Below, one piece after another: positions 9,169-18,495 of a stretch of 64,000 nucleotides of DNA (within the stretch, counting starts at the first letter, position 1; each line of letters opens with the position of its first letter). Origin of the DNA: a bacterium (GTDB taxonomy: Bacteria; Patescibacteriota; Minisyncoccia; Moranbacterales; DUUL01); the NCBI GenBank assembly GCA_018675685.1, contig JABGXP010000014.1, forward strand, positions 81,288 through 145,287, read 5' to 3'. Position numbers and translations under genes: made by a program. A model generated the notes under the pieces. It did not search any database. It was not told where the DNA came from and was given only the letters and a program-made list of their open reading frames with translations.

Positions 9169-10122
9169 TTATTTTAAAATTGTTTTTATGAAAGTTGGTC
9201 TTCCGTTTACAAAATCCTTGGCAGAAATTTCATTTTTCCCCTCTAATTGAACTGTTTTTAATAATAAAGCACCTTGGATTGTTTGAATTAACACCTCCTT
9301 GTCACGTTCGAACACTTGTCCTACCTCCATTGAATAGTTTTTTGAATCATAATCTTTGAAGGTCAATGTAACTCTTTTGTCTAAGTCAGCTTGTTTCCAG
9401 AAAGCACAAACTTTTGGCCAAACATTGAAGGCACGATATAAATTGAAGATATCTTCAGCATTTTGGTTCTGCCAAAGTATTTTCCCATCTTCTTTTCTTA
9501 TCATTCTTGTTGATGAAGACTGCTCATTGTTTTGCGGTGTAGAAGTAAGCTCTTTTTTTACAATCTTTTCAAGAGTCGGGATGAGTAATTGATTCGAAAT
9601 TTTAATTAGCTCATCTTCTAATCCTAAATAAGTAATATCTCTAGGTATAACAATGCTTTTTTGTGAAAAAATCTTACCAGTATCAACCCCTTCATCCATC
9701 AACATAATGGAAACACCAGTCTTCCCCCTACCATTTTTTAGTGCATTATGAATCGGAGAAGAACCGCGAAACTCTGGTAAAACTGAAGCATGAACATTGA
9801 TACAACCAAACAAGGGAATATCCAGAATTTCTTTTGGTAAGATGATTCCGTAGGCAGCAACAATTATTAGATCTGGCTGTTTGCTTCTTAAAAGGTTTAT
9901 TGCAGTAGCATTTAATTTTTCATATTGAATAACTTCAATGCCTTGTTTCTTAGCAATCTCCTTGACTGGACTTGCAAGCAGTTTACTTTTTCTTCCAATT
10001 GCTTTGTCTGGTTGAGTGAAAACACAATCTATTTTTATGCCTTCTTCAAGTAAATTCAATAAAATTTCACTTGCAAAGCGAGGGGTTCCCATGAAGACTA
10101 TTTTCTTGGAATCTAATAACAT
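9169..10122 (-). CDS. fmt: methionyl-tRNA formyltransferase
   Basis: IVFMGTPRFA at the N-terminus and HASVLPEFRGSSPIHNALKNG (the HxSLLPxxRG motif). Adjacent to def. Confidence 0.92.
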   Translation of the reverse strand: MLLDSKKIVFMGTPRFASEILLNLLEEGIKIDCVFTQPDKAIGRKSKLLASPVKEIAKKQGIEVIQYEKLNATAINLLRSKQPDLIIVAAYGIILPKEILDIPLFGCINVHASVLPEFRGSSPIHNALKNGRGKTGVSIMLMDEGVDTGKIFSQKSIVIPRDITYLGLEDELIKISNQLLIPTLEKIVKKELTSTPQNNEQSSSTRMIRKEDGKILWQNQNAEDIFNLYRAFNVWPKVCAFWKQADLDKRVTLTFKDYDSKNYSMEVGQVFERDKEVLIQTIQGALLLKTVQLEGKNEISAKDFVNGRPTFIKTILK

Positions 10123-10129
10123 CTTTTAT

Positions 10130-10588
10130 TTATTTTGTAGTAGTATTGCTAGCTATTTTGTGGTCAATTAAAAGCGTTCCTTCAAGATGGTCAATTTCGT
10201 GTTGTAGCGCTCGGGCAAAGAACCCACGAGCCCTAATTATTTGTTTTTTGCCGTTTGCATCGATTGCCTTAACTTTTATTTTTTCGTATCGCTCAATTTG
10301 TAGGAATTTTCCAGGGAAAGAAAGGCAACCTTCCTCAGAAAGGATTTTTTCCCCTGAAAGTTTTTTAATTTCAGGATTAATCAATACAAAAAGTTCATCT
10401 TCGATTTCTATAATGCAAAGTTGAATATTTTCACCAACCTGCGGTGCTGCAAGTCCAACACCTTTATGTGCTCTTAAGGTATCTGTCATTTCGGTGATAA
10501 GGTTCTTAATCCTATCATTAGTTGGATCCATCACAGGAAGAGATTTTTTTCGTAAAATATCATTTGGGAAGGTCAGTAGTTCTAGCAT
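10130..10588 (-). CDS. def: peptide deformylase
   Basis: The three Def motifs GVGLAAPQVG, EGCLSFPG and HEIDHLEG. Start moved to ATG 10588 (MLELLTFPNDILRKK...), because the track's longer N-terminus overlaps the priA 3' end and is not Def-like. Confidence 0.92.
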   Translation of the reverse strand: MLELLTFPNDILRKKSLPVMDPTNDRIKNLITEMTDTLRAHKGVGLAAPQVGENIQLCIIEIEDELFVLINPEIKKLSGEKILSEEGCLSFPGKFLQIERYEKIKVKAIDANGKKQIIRARGFFARALQHEIDHLEGTLLIDHKIASNTTTK

Positions 10589-10646
10589 CAGACTGTAGTT
10601 AGATTTAATAAGTTGTTGAGAAAATTTACTTGATATTCTTATTGTA

Positions 10647-12653
10647 TTAGAAAATTGATTCAGAATCAACATCAATAATCCATTCATCAGGAACGATATT
10701 TGAAATACTCTTCCAAGTTTCAGATGTAAATGATGTTGTTTTCAAGAGAATGTGTTTTTCCCATCTCCCCCTGACCTTTTTGATAGTAGCAAAATAAGGT
10801 GGTTGAACCAAGGTTTTTGAGTTTCTAAAGTTTGTCGAAAGTTTATTGTAGGTTACTCTCGTTTTTTTAGCAAGAGTTGCTTCGTTAGGTTGCTTGAGAG
10901 TAAGACGAATTATATAAGAAAAAGGAGGGTAACTAAAAGCTTTTCTTGTCTCCAGTTCTTCCTTTGCAAATTCTAACCAATTTTGTTTCTGCACAGTTTC
11001 CAAGAGTTCACTTGCAGGGTCGTATGTTTGAATAATGCATTTTCCGTTTCGCTTGCTATTCACTCGATTTAGCCTTCCAGCCAATTGGAATAGATTTCCG
11101 ACCCATCTTTCGTCAAAACGAAAATCTGTTTGTCCAGCCCAATTATCAACGTTTATGGTAGCAGTGAGTTCAACGTTCGGTAAATCAAATCCTTTTGCAA
11201 TTGCATAGGTACCAACAAGAATATCAAGTTTATTATTCTGTAGTTTTTGAAAGAGTATCTTTCTGTCACTAATTTTTTCAAAAATTGTGCCATCAATAAG
11301 CTCGATTCTTGCGGAAGGGTAATGTTTCTTAAGGAAGCTGGCAACACCCTCTGTTCCAAACCCAATGTCCTTTAAGCGAAAACTTTTGCAAGAAGGACAT
11401 TGAGTCAGATTTGATGTTTTGAATGAGCAATGAAGACATTTATAGTTATTTTTTTCATGAACAAGAGGTAAGTTGCAAGAAGGGCATTGAAGTTTCTTCT
11501 TGCAATCAGTGCAATAGATAAGCTTACTTTTACCTCTTCTTGGAATGAGCACAAAAGAAAGCCCTTTCCTTTTAAGTGTTTTTGCAAGTTCAGTTTCCAG
11601 CTCTTCTGAAAAAGGAATCTCTCCTCTTTTAGTGTATATTTTTCTTAAATCAGGCAAAATAAACTCAGGTTCTATAACTTGGAAACCTTTTATTTTTAAT
11701 CTAGGGAGCTCCAAGAAGTAATATTTTCCATCTAGAGATTTTTTGACGGATTCCATCGACGGTGTACTTGAAATGAAAATAGTTTTAGTTTTGTAGATTT
11801 TCGTCATCATCTCCACTACAGTTCTTGCGTGATATCGAGGTGAACTATCCCATTGTTTATGCGAGATATCTTGCTCTTCATCAACAATGATTAATCCTAA
11901 ATTTTTAAACGGTAAGAAGAGCCCAATTCTGGTTGAAATTATAATATCAGCTGAACCTTCTTTTATTTGATTAAGCGCAAAAGTTACTTCCGTGGATTTC
12001 AATTTGGAATGGAAGAACAAGATGTTTTTTCCAGAAAATCTCTTTTTATATCTGATAATTTCTTGATTGGAGAGAAAAATTTCAGGAATAATTAAAAGAG
12101 ATTGTTTCTTTTCCTTGAGCATTTCTTGCATAGTAGTCATAGCCACCTCTGTTTTTCCGGCACAAGCAGGACCAAAGAGAAGAAATGGCTTTGTTGCGTT
12201 TCCATGTTTTATTTCTCCAATGACACTTTTTTGCTCTTTGGTGTGTTTTATTTTTTTTTGATCTTTCTCAGACTTAGACTGCTTAACAAAACAGGGAGTT
12301 TCTTTTTTGGCAAACTTTGGCACAAATTGTTTTGTGACAACACCAAGTGAGGTTAGATAATATACAGAAATTTGCCTTGCTAGTTTAATTTGCCTTGGAG
12401 TTAAAAATCCATAGCTAATAACTTTTGAAATAGGCCTTGTTTTGAATGTTGGGCGAGTTGTTTTTTTTGCTACAATCCCCGTAATCTTTTTTCTTCCGAA
12501 ATTAATCTCAACCAATGTTCCTATTGCTATTTCAATGTTATTTGAATAGGTGAAAAACTGAGGCTTATTCCGAGCCACCTTTGTTAGTGGGATGACATCA
12601 AAATAGTTCATTTTGTTTAAATATTTTTTGCTATTCTCTAATTTATTTTCCAA
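10647..12653 (-). CDS. priA: primosomal protein N' (replication restart helicase PriA)
   Basis: Walker A LLFGPACAGKTEV, DEEQD box (IIVDEEQD), and a Cys-rich zinc-binding insert (CTDCKKKLQCPSCNLPL...CLHCSF...CPSCKS). Confidence 0.9.
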   Translation of the reverse strand: MENKLENSKKYLNKMNYFDVIPLTKVARNKPQFFTYSNNIEIAIGTLVEINFGRKKITGIVAKKTTRPTFKTRPISKVISYGFLTPRQIKLARQISVYYLTSLGVVTKQFVPKFAKKETPCFVKQSKSEKDQKKIKHTKEQKSVIGEIKHGNATKPFLLFGPACAGKTEVAMTTMQEMLKEKKQSLLIIPEIFLSNQEIIRYKKRFSGKNILFFHSKLKSTEVTFALNQIKEGSADIIISTRIGLFLPFKNLGLIIVDEEQDISHKQWDSSPRYHARTVVEMMTKIYKTKTIFISSTPSMESVKKSLDGKYYFLELPRLKIKGFQVIEPEFILPDLRKIYTKRGEIPFSEELETELAKTLKRKGLSFVLIPRRGKSKLIYCTDCKKKLQCPSCNLPLVHEKNNYKCLHCSFKTSNLTQCPSCKSFRLKDIGFGTEGVASFLKKHYPSARIELIDGTIFEKISDRKILFQKLQNNKLDILVGTYAIAKGFDLPNVELTATINVDNWAGQTDFRFDERWVGNLFQLAGRLNRVNSKRNGKCIIQTYDPASELLETVQKQNWLEFAKEELETRKAFSYPPFSYIIRLTLKQPNEATLAKKTRVTYNKLSTNFRNSKTLVQPPYFATIKKVRGRWEKHILLKTTSFTSETWKSISNIVPDEWIIDVDSESIF

Positions 12654-13432
12654 TGACCAACGAGATAACCAACTCCAATAGGCGCTTCATAGGAAAGTTG
12701 CTTAAAAGTGTGCCTATGATTCTCTAGTGCCCCAAGCGCAATAATAATCGAGCGTAGACCACATTCTCCAGCTTCTTCACAAAAATCAGGATTTAAATTC
12801 ATGATTTTAGAGGTCTCGTTTTTCTTGAGAAGCTCTATGAGCGTTTGATCAAATTTGACTCCATATGGAGAGAACCCAGCAGGGGCATCTTCAGTAAGAC
12901 GATGAGACATGTCTCCGCTGGCAATAATCGCAACATTTTCATTAACTTCGTCGATGACCTCACTTATGAATTTTCCGAAATTAAAATGTGTTTGCCAATC
13001 TAACGCTGTGTATGTCAAGGGAATAATCTTTGGCCTCCAACTCAAGTCTTTTAAGAGATGAAAAAGAGGAATAAGCACACCATGATCAATTTTTGACTCT
13101 CGAAGAACCTCTATCGGAAAATGTTTCTTCCTTAATTCAGAAAAAACTAGTTTTGCTAATTCTGGGTTGTTAGAAAAAGAAAAGTCGCTATTAGATGCTC
13201 CAAAATCAGAAAAACTACCCTTGAAATTATCTTCAAAGTTAATTGTGAATTTATCATATCTCATCGGTCCATGAGGTGAAACAATTATGATTGTCTCTGG
13301 TGCGGCTTTCTTGAATTCTTTCGCCAGTTTTTCCAGTGCATCAATTGTTTTTTTCGCAAGAGTAATTTGAGATCCTCCAATCTCTGGAATGATAAGTGGT
13401 GGATGAGGGCAAATTGCAGCAAAATTCAACAT
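12638..13432 (-). CDS. LigB-superfamily (class III extradiol dioxygenase subunit B-like) protein
   Basis: N-terminus AAICPHPPLIIPEIGG, then VSPHGP and ASGDMSHRL, typical of LigB/DODA-type proteins. Overlaps priA by 16 nt. Confidence 0.6.
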   Translation of the reverse strand: MLNFAAICPHPPLIIPEIGGSQITLAKKTIDALEKLAKEFKKAAPETIIIVSPHGPMRYDKFTINFEDNFKGSFSDFGASNSDFSFSNNPELAKLVFSELRKKHFPIEVLRESKIDHGVLIPLFHLLKDLSWRPKIIPLTYTALDWQTHFNFGKFISEVIDEVNENVAIIASGDMSHRLTEDAPAGFSPYGVKFDQTLIELLKKNETSKIMNLNPDFCEEAGECGLRSIIIALGALENHRHTFKQLSYEAPIGVGYLVGHWKIN

Positions 13433-13579
13433 CTTTTTTTGTTATTTTCCATAAAAAACAAGATAAAAGTATTTTTTGTAAAATACTTCAATGATTCTTT
13501 CGTCTATAACGATAGCAAAAGAGTTTGAAAAAGTCCAACTTCAGGGGCCCCAGAGACAATACGAATATATGCAAATGTA

Positions 13580-13608
13580 TTGACATTTTCATATAAATGT
13601 GTTAAAAT
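13580..13608 (+). promoter_or_regulatory. putative promoter for the small membrane protein gene
   Basis: TTGACA (13580-13585), 17-nt spacer, TAAAAT (13603-13608). Confidence 0.4.
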
Positions 13609-13690
13609 TTTAAAAATGGTACTTTAAATCTATAAAATATACACAATAGAAAAAACGGTTTAAATTTTTTCAAAGAGAGGAGAGAATAAA

Positions 13691-13909
13691 ATGAATGCAT
13701 TGGTTCATGAGGTAGCAAAAGCTCTTTTTCTTACGGGAGCATTAGGTTTTTTAGTGCTTATAGTTGTGTCAATATATGGAGCACACAGAAAAAAACGGAG
13801 CAACGAAGATGGAATGCTGGACTATAAAAGGGATCTCAGACCTGTTTATTGGTTGCTTGCAACAATGGCGTTGATGATATCTGGAATTGGTTTGGGAATT
13901 TTTTTCTGA
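13691..13909 (+). CDS. hypothetical small membrane protein (2 TM)
   Basis: AGGAGA lies upstream of the ATG. Two hydrophobic helices (LFLTGALGFLVLIVVSIYG; VYWLLATMALMISGIGLGIFF). A strong hairpin follows the gene. Confidence 0.45.
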   Translation: MNALVHEVAKALFLTGALGFLVLIVVSIYGAHRKKRSNEDGMLDYKRDLRPVYWLLATMALMISGIGLGIFF

Positions 13910-13935
13910 CAACAGAAATTTTGTGAATATTTTTA

Positions 13936-13980
13936 AAAAGGCATGAACTAGAACTTCTAGTGCATGCCTTTTTACTTTTT
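13936..13980 (+). terminator. rho-independent terminator
   Basis: Long near-perfect hairpin aaaaggcatgaactagaa / ttctagtgcatgcctttt, followed by a T-run. Confidence 0.6.
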
Positions 13981-14091
13981 GATTAACAGAAATCATTTTT
14001 TATAAGGATTTATTTGAACTATTTTTGAAATTATAACCAAAGTTTTTAATAAATACAACATTGCGGAATGAAGATTCTTTCATGTCAAGAG

Positions 14092-14120
14092 TTGACACCA
14101 TCCCAATGCAAGATTATAAT
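14092..14120 (+). promoter_or_regulatory. putative promoter of nrdR(-nrdD)
   Basis: TTGACA (14092-14097), 17-nt spacer, TATAAT (14115-14120). Confidence 0.55.
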
Positions 14121-14147
14121 GTAGTAGTGTCATGGAGTACTTGATTG

Positions 14148-14163
14148 ACACAACATATTGTGC
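14148..14163 (+). promoter_or_regulatory. NrdR box
   Basis: ACACAACATATTGTGC is a 16-nt near-palindrome. By my count it matches about 14/16 positions of the published NrdR-box consensus acaCwAtATaTwGtgt. It lies between the promoter and the nrdR start. Confidence 0.5.
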
Positions 14164-14197
14164 TATTATGTAGAAAAGAGTTAAATAAAACAAAATT

Positions 14198-14656
14198 ATG
14201 AAGTGTCCTTACTGTGGTCACAAGGAAACGAAGGTTGTTGATTCGCGAGAAATTGAAGACGGAAAGACGATCAGGAGGAGAAGGGAATGTGAGAAAGTGG
14301 AATGCAAGTTGAGATTTTCAACATATGAGCAAATTGAAACACTAAATTCGACTGTGTTGAAGCGCGACGGACAAAAAGAAGAATATAAAAGAGAGAAACT
14401 AGAAGAATCAATTAGAAGGGCAACAAACAAGAGATTGGAAGAATCTCAAATTGCACAAATTATTTCATCCGTTGAGTCCGAACTACGAACAAAGGGAAAA
14501 TGTGAGATGACTGCAAAGGAGATTGGAGAAGTAGTACTAACACATTTAAAAACACGCGATGAAGTTTCATATTTGCGATTTGCTTCAGTTTTTAAATCAT
14601 TTGGAACAGGAAAAAGATTTGTGAAAGAACTCGATAAGTTGGAGGAAAAAGAATAA
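14198..14656 (+). CDS. nrdR: transcriptional repressor NrdR
   Basis: MKCPYCGHKETKVVDSRE zinc ribbon plus an ATP-cone. Confidence 0.92.
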   Translation: MKCPYCGHKETKVVDSREIEDGKTIRRRRECEKVECKLRFSTYEQIETLNSTVLKRDGQKEEYKREKLEESIRRATNKRLEESQIAQIISSVESELRTKGKCEMTAKEIGEVVLTHLKTRDEVSYLRFASVFKSFGTGKRFVKELDKLEEKE

Positions 14657-14764
14657 CAAAAAGATAAACACAAGAAAGGTAATTACATTTGGAAAGTTTT
14701 TGGCCAAAAATATTCCAATATTCCAATATCCATAATATATTAATTTTTGCGGGGGCAAACAAAA

Positions 14765-16894
14765 ATGAAAAAAGGGAAAAAACAGGTAGCTGCAAAGAAA
14801 GTGAACATTGCAAGAGCTACAAAAGGGGCGAAAACAAAGAAAAAAAGATTTGTACCGAAATTTAGCGAAGTTGTGAAAAGAGATGGCTCGGTGGTTAAAT
14901 TCTCTCAGAAAAAGATTTCAGAGGCTGTCTACAAGGCCTTCAAAGAGGTTGATGAGGGAAGTCTAGTGAAAGCAAGAGCTGTGTCAGAGAAAGCAGCTAG
15001 AATGCTGAGTAAGAACTGTGCACGTGGATATGTTCCGAGTATTGAAGAGGTTCAGGATACGGTTGAGAGAGTTTTAATGGTACTAGATTTTGAGGAAACA
15101 GCCAAAGCATATATCTTATATCGAGATAAGCGAAGAAAAATCAGAGACACAGAAGCTTCTTTGGAAGAAGCGGTTGAATTAGTGGATCAATACCTAAGAG
15201 AACTTGATTGGCAAGTGAAGGAAAATTCAAACATGGCATATTCCTTGCAAGGTTTGAATAATTACATTTCTTCAATTGTGAGTAGTAAGTACTGGATGGA
15301 AAGAATCTATGCAAAGAAAATTAAACGTTCGCATGAAGAAGGAGATCTACATATACATGACTTGGATAAATTAGCAGCTTATTGCTGTGGCTGGGATCTT
15401 CAAGATTTATTAAATAGAGGGTTCACAGGAGTTCCTGGAAAGATTTCCTGTAAACCACCACGACATTTTAGAACGGCGCTTGGACAATTAGTCAACTTCT
15501 TCTACACAACGCAGGGTGAAACAGCTGGAGCTCAAGCATTTTCAAACATTGATACATTGCTTGCACCATTTATTAAGTATGACAAGTTAGACTACAAAGC
15601 CGTGAAACAGGCTATTCAGGAATTTGTTTTCAATTTAAATGTTCCAACAAGGGTCGGATTTCAAACTCCATTTACCAATATCACATTAGACCTAGAGGTA
15701 CCAAAGATGTTCAAGGATCAGAATGTGATTAGGGGTGGTCAATTACAGGAAGACAAGTATGGTGATTTTCAAGAAGAGATGGACATGTTTAATCGGGCAT
15801 TTGCTGAAGTGATGAGCGAGGGTGATGCAAACGGAAGAGTGTTCACATTTCCAATTCCTACATATAACATTTCGAAGAAATTTAATTGGGATAACAAGAA
15901 TTTGGACAAAGTCTGGGAGATGACAGCTAAATATGGAATTCCATACTTTGCAAACTTCATTAATTCTGATATGGACCCAGAAGACGCTCGTTCAATGTGT
16001 TGCAGGCTAAGACTTGACAACAGAGAACTTCGGAAGAGAATGGGTGGCTTGTTTGGAGCTGCACCGCTAACAGGTTCAATTGGCGTTGTGACAATCAATC
16101 TTCCAAGAATTGGATACCTAGCAAAAGATAAAAAAGATTTCTATAAGAGATTAGATGTCCTAATGGATATCGCCAGAGACAGTTTGGAGGTCAAACGGAA
16201 GGTTATCGATAATTTTACAAAGAAAGGTTTGTATCCATATGCTGCATTCTATCTAGATGGGACGTTGCAAAGAAAGGGAAGTTGTTGGTCAAATCATTTC
16301 TCAACAATCGGCCTTGTGGGAATGAACGAGGCTGTTGTAAACTTGATTGGAAAATCAATTACCACAAAAACCGGAGTAAAATTCGCAGAAGAGGTTTTGG
16401 TTCATATGAGAGAGCGCATGATAAAATTCCAGACAGAAACTGATAATTTATATAACCTAGAAGCAACACCAGCAGAAGGAACAAGTTACCGACTAGCCCT
16501 CAAGGACCAAAAGCGTTTTCCAAAGATGATTTTTGCAAATAACGGAGCGGTAGAAGAAGGAGCTCAACCATATTACACAAACTCCTCGCAATTGCCTGTT
16601 GGACATACTGACGATCTATTTGAAGCACTGGACTTGCAAGATAAGTTGCAAACGAAGTATACTGGCGGGACTGTGCTACATGGATTTCTCGGAGAGCGAA
16701 TTAATGATATTAATACAACGAAAAGTCTTGTGAAAAAAATTGCCTCAAATTATGAGATGCCATATTTCACACTTTCTCCGACTTTCAGTGTTTGTCCAGT
16801 TCACGGGTATTTAACAGGAGAGCACAAGGCATGTCCAAAATGTGTTGCTCATTTGCCAGAGAAATATTCCAAGAAGTCTGCAGAGGTTAAATAA
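14765..16894 (+). CDS. nrdD: anaerobic ribonucleoside-triphosphate reductase (class III), large polypeptide lacking the glycyl-radical loop
   Basis: N-terminal ATP-cone (VVKRDGSVVKFSQKKISEAV), the conserved SMCCRLRLD...GGLFGAAPLTGSIGVVTINLPR core, and a C-terminal CPVHG...CPKC metal site. It then stops at TAA 16892-16894 without an RxxGY glycine-radical motif. The ATG at 14765 is preferred to the track's TTG at 14747. Confidence 0.88.
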   Translation: MKKGKKQVAAKKVNIARATKGAKTKKKRFVPKFSEVVKRDGSVVKFSQKKISEAVYKAFKEVDEGSLVKARAVSEKAARMLSKNCARGYVPSIEEVQDTVERVLMVLDFEETAKAYILYRDKRRKIRDTEASLEEAVELVDQYLRELDWQVKENSNMAYSLQGLNNYISSIVSSKYWMERIYAKKIKRSHEEGDLHIHDLDKLAAYCCGWDLQDLLNRGFTGVPGKISCKPPRHFRTALGQLVNFFYTTQGETAGAQAFSNIDTLLAPFIKYDKLDYKAVKQAIQEFVFNLNVPTRVGFQTPFTNITLDLEVPKMFKDQNVIRGGQLQEDKYGDFQEEMDMFNRAFAEVMSEGDANGRVFTFPIPTYNISKKFNWDNKNLDKVWEMTAKYGIPYFANFINSDMDPEDARSMCCRLRLDNRELRKRMGGLFGAAPLTGSIGVVTINLPRIGYLAKDKKDFYKRLDVLMDIARDSLEVKRKVIDNFTKKGLYPYAAFYLDGTLQRKGSCWSNHFSTIGLVGMNEAVVNLIGKSITTKTGVKFAEEVLVHMRERMIKFQTETDNLYNLEATPAEGTSYRLALKDQKRFPKMIFANNGAVEEGAQPYYTNSSQLPVGHTDDLFEALDLQDKLQTKYTGGTVLHGFLGERINDINTTKSLVKKIASNYEMPYFTLSPTFSVCPVHGYLTGEHKACPKCVAHLPEKYSKKSAEVK

Positions 16895-16945
16895 TTAGCA
16901 AATAAATAGTTTACATATTTAATAAAACCATAAAAAACAAAAAAA

Positions 16946-17224
16946 ATGGTAAAAGTTACAAAACAAAAAATAGGGGAAAGTGAAATAGTTTGTCATGACT
17001 GCGGCAAGACAATGGCGGAAGGTGACATGTGCGTGCCTTATGATGTGGCAAAAAAAACTTTCTACAAGTGCGATAAATGCTTTGTAAAAGATGATTCATT
17101 AAGAAATTATCAAGAGACAGAGGTTTATTCTAGGATCGTTGGTTATATTAGACCAGTGAAGCAATGGAATGTTGGGAAGACAGCAGAATACGCTGATAGA
17201 AAAGAGTATTGTGTAGAAGCTTAA
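16946..17224 (+). CDS. stand-alone NrdD C-terminal module: zinc ribbon plus glycyl-radical loop
   Basis: CHDCGK...CDKC followed by EVYSRIVGYIRPVKQWNVGKTAEYADRKEY, the canonical NrdD glycyl-radical segment. It is in the same frame as nrdD but separated from it by three in-frame stops. Confidence 0.75.
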   Translation: MVKVTKQKIGESEIVCHDCGKTMAEGDMCVPYDVAKKTFYKCDKCFVKDDSLRNYQETEVYSRIVGYIRPVKQWNVGKTAEYADRKEYCVEA

Positions 17225-17231
17225 GTTTGCT

Positions 17232-17265
17232 GAAGGTGTAACGAAAGTTGCACCTTCTTCTTTTT
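17232..17265 (+). terminator. rho-independent terminator after the nrdD module
   Basis: gaaggtg (17232-17238) / caccttc (17251-17257), followed by ttctttttt-like T-rich sequence. Confidence 0.6.
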
Positions 17266-17300
17266 ACCTAGAAAAAAGAAATTAAAAATTAAGAAGTAAA

Positions 17301-18368
17301 ATGAGAAAAAGAATCGAGAAGTTTAAGGAAACATTTCATGCCCAGTCCTTCATTGCTGGAATCGTCGCGATTGTTTTTTTAGCGGGACTGTTTGTTTTTG
17401 TTTCTAATTTTAGTTTGGGTTTTAACGCAGTTGGGATCTCTACAATGATCGGTGAAGATAAGGTTGCTAGTATAATGAAGGATTTAGTGGAAAATAATTT
17501 AACTAAGAAGGGAACAGATGTAGCTGTCGAGAATGTTGAGTTTATTAAGGAACTGGGATTGTATGAAGTTAAGATGAAGCTTGCTGGGAAGGCAGAAACT
17601 AGTGCTTTTTTAAGTAGGGACGGGAAATATTTTGTTAAAGAGGCTGCAAGTTTGGAAGAAATTAAGTCAAAACGTGAGGCTCAAGAAGAGGCTGCAGCTG
17701 GGGAAGCGGAAAGAAAAAGAGATATCAAGATTCCCAAAACCAAAAAACCTAATGTTGAAGTTTTTGTGATGAGTCACTGTCCATTTGGAACACAGGTGCA
17801 AAAAGGTTTTCTACCTGTTATCAAAAAACTCGGAAGTAAGGCGGATATAAATTTCAAGTTTGTGGATTATTTAATGCATGGAAAAAAAGAATTGACTGAA
17901 AATTTGAATCAATATTGCATTGAGCAAGAGGAAAATAAAAAATACTTGAAATACCTGGAATGTTTTTTGGGTAGCACAGGAGAGGCGAGTGATTCAACGA
18001 GTTGTATGAAGGAGTTCGGAATTTCTGAAAAGAAAATTGCAAGCTGCAGTACCAAAGTTGATGAGAAATTTCTCATAAGTAAGCAGTTCGCAGACAAAAC
18101 TACTTGGCAAGGAGGAAAATACCCGCTTTTTAATTTGCAAAAAGAAGAAAATGACAAATATAAAGTTGGGGGATCACCAACTATCGTGATTAACGGTGTT
18201 ACCGTTGAACCAAACCGAGATCCGAAGAGTCTTTTAAAAACGGTATGCTCAGCCTTTGAGGAGGCTCCAAAGGAGTGTGAAGAGGTCGTTCCCTCTCAAA
18301 CACCGTCTCCGGGATTTGGCATTGGGAAGGCCCCAACAGTTTCAAGTGATGGAGGTTGCGAAGAATAG
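17301..18368 (+). CDS. membrane-anchored secreted thioredoxin-fold protein (DsbA/GILT-like)
   Basis: N-terminal TM (FIAGIVAIVFLAGLFVFV). The segment VEVFVMSHCPFGTQ...INFKFVDYLMHG resembles the GILT/DsbA-type fold. It contains several conserved-looking Cys. The family assignment is tentative. Confidence 0.4.
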   Translation: MRKRIEKFKETFHAQSFIAGIVAIVFLAGLFVFVSNFSLGFNAVGISTMIGEDKVASIMKDLVENNLTKKGTDVAVENVEFIKELGLYEVKMKLAGKAETSAFLSRDGKYFVKEAASLEEIKSKREAQEEAAAGEAERKRDIKIPKTKKPNVEVFVMSHCPFGTQVQKGFLPVIKKLGSKADINFKFVDYLMHGKKELTENLNQYCIEQEENKKYLKYLECFLGSTGEASDSTSCMKEFGISEKKIASCSTKVDEKFLISKQFADKTTWQGGKYPLFNLQKEENDKYKVGGSPTIVINGVTVEPNRDPKSLLKTVCSAFEEAPKECEEVVPSQTPSPGFGIGKAPTVSSDGGCEE

Positions 18369-18389
18369 AAGCTCTAAATTAGTATAAAA

Positions 18390-18424
18390 TAAAACCACCA
18401 GTTTTTGCCGGTGGTTTTATTTAT
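18390..18424. terminator. bidirectional terminator between convergent genes
   Basis: aaaaccaccag / ccggtggtttt hairpin, flanked by an A-run on one side and a T-run on the other. Confidence 0.55.
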
Positions 18425-18495
18425 CAAAATTTCGTCTAACAACTCGTTATTTATTGATCGAGTTTAATCTAATTGAGCAATGTTAAAAAACTAGA

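Noticed and set aside
10589-10687. 33-codon N-terminal extension of Def overlapping the priA 3' end
   Set aside because: The Def family normally starts close to the MLELLTFPNDILR-type sequence. The extension is hydrophobic or odd in composition and overlaps priA by 41 nt.
14115-14130. Second NrdR box paired with the one at 14148..14163
   Set aside because: Only the right half (TAGTGT) matches the consensus, and the left half coincides with the TATAAT -10 and does not match. I report it as at most a degenerate half-site.
16892-16948. Idea that nrdD and the 92-aa ORF are one gene joined by stop-codon read-through, a recoded stop, or a single sequencing error
   Set aside because: The two ORFs are in the same frame, but three separate in-frame stops (TAA, TAG, TAA) lie between them in an AT-rich spacer. 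One error or one recoding event cannot explain that.
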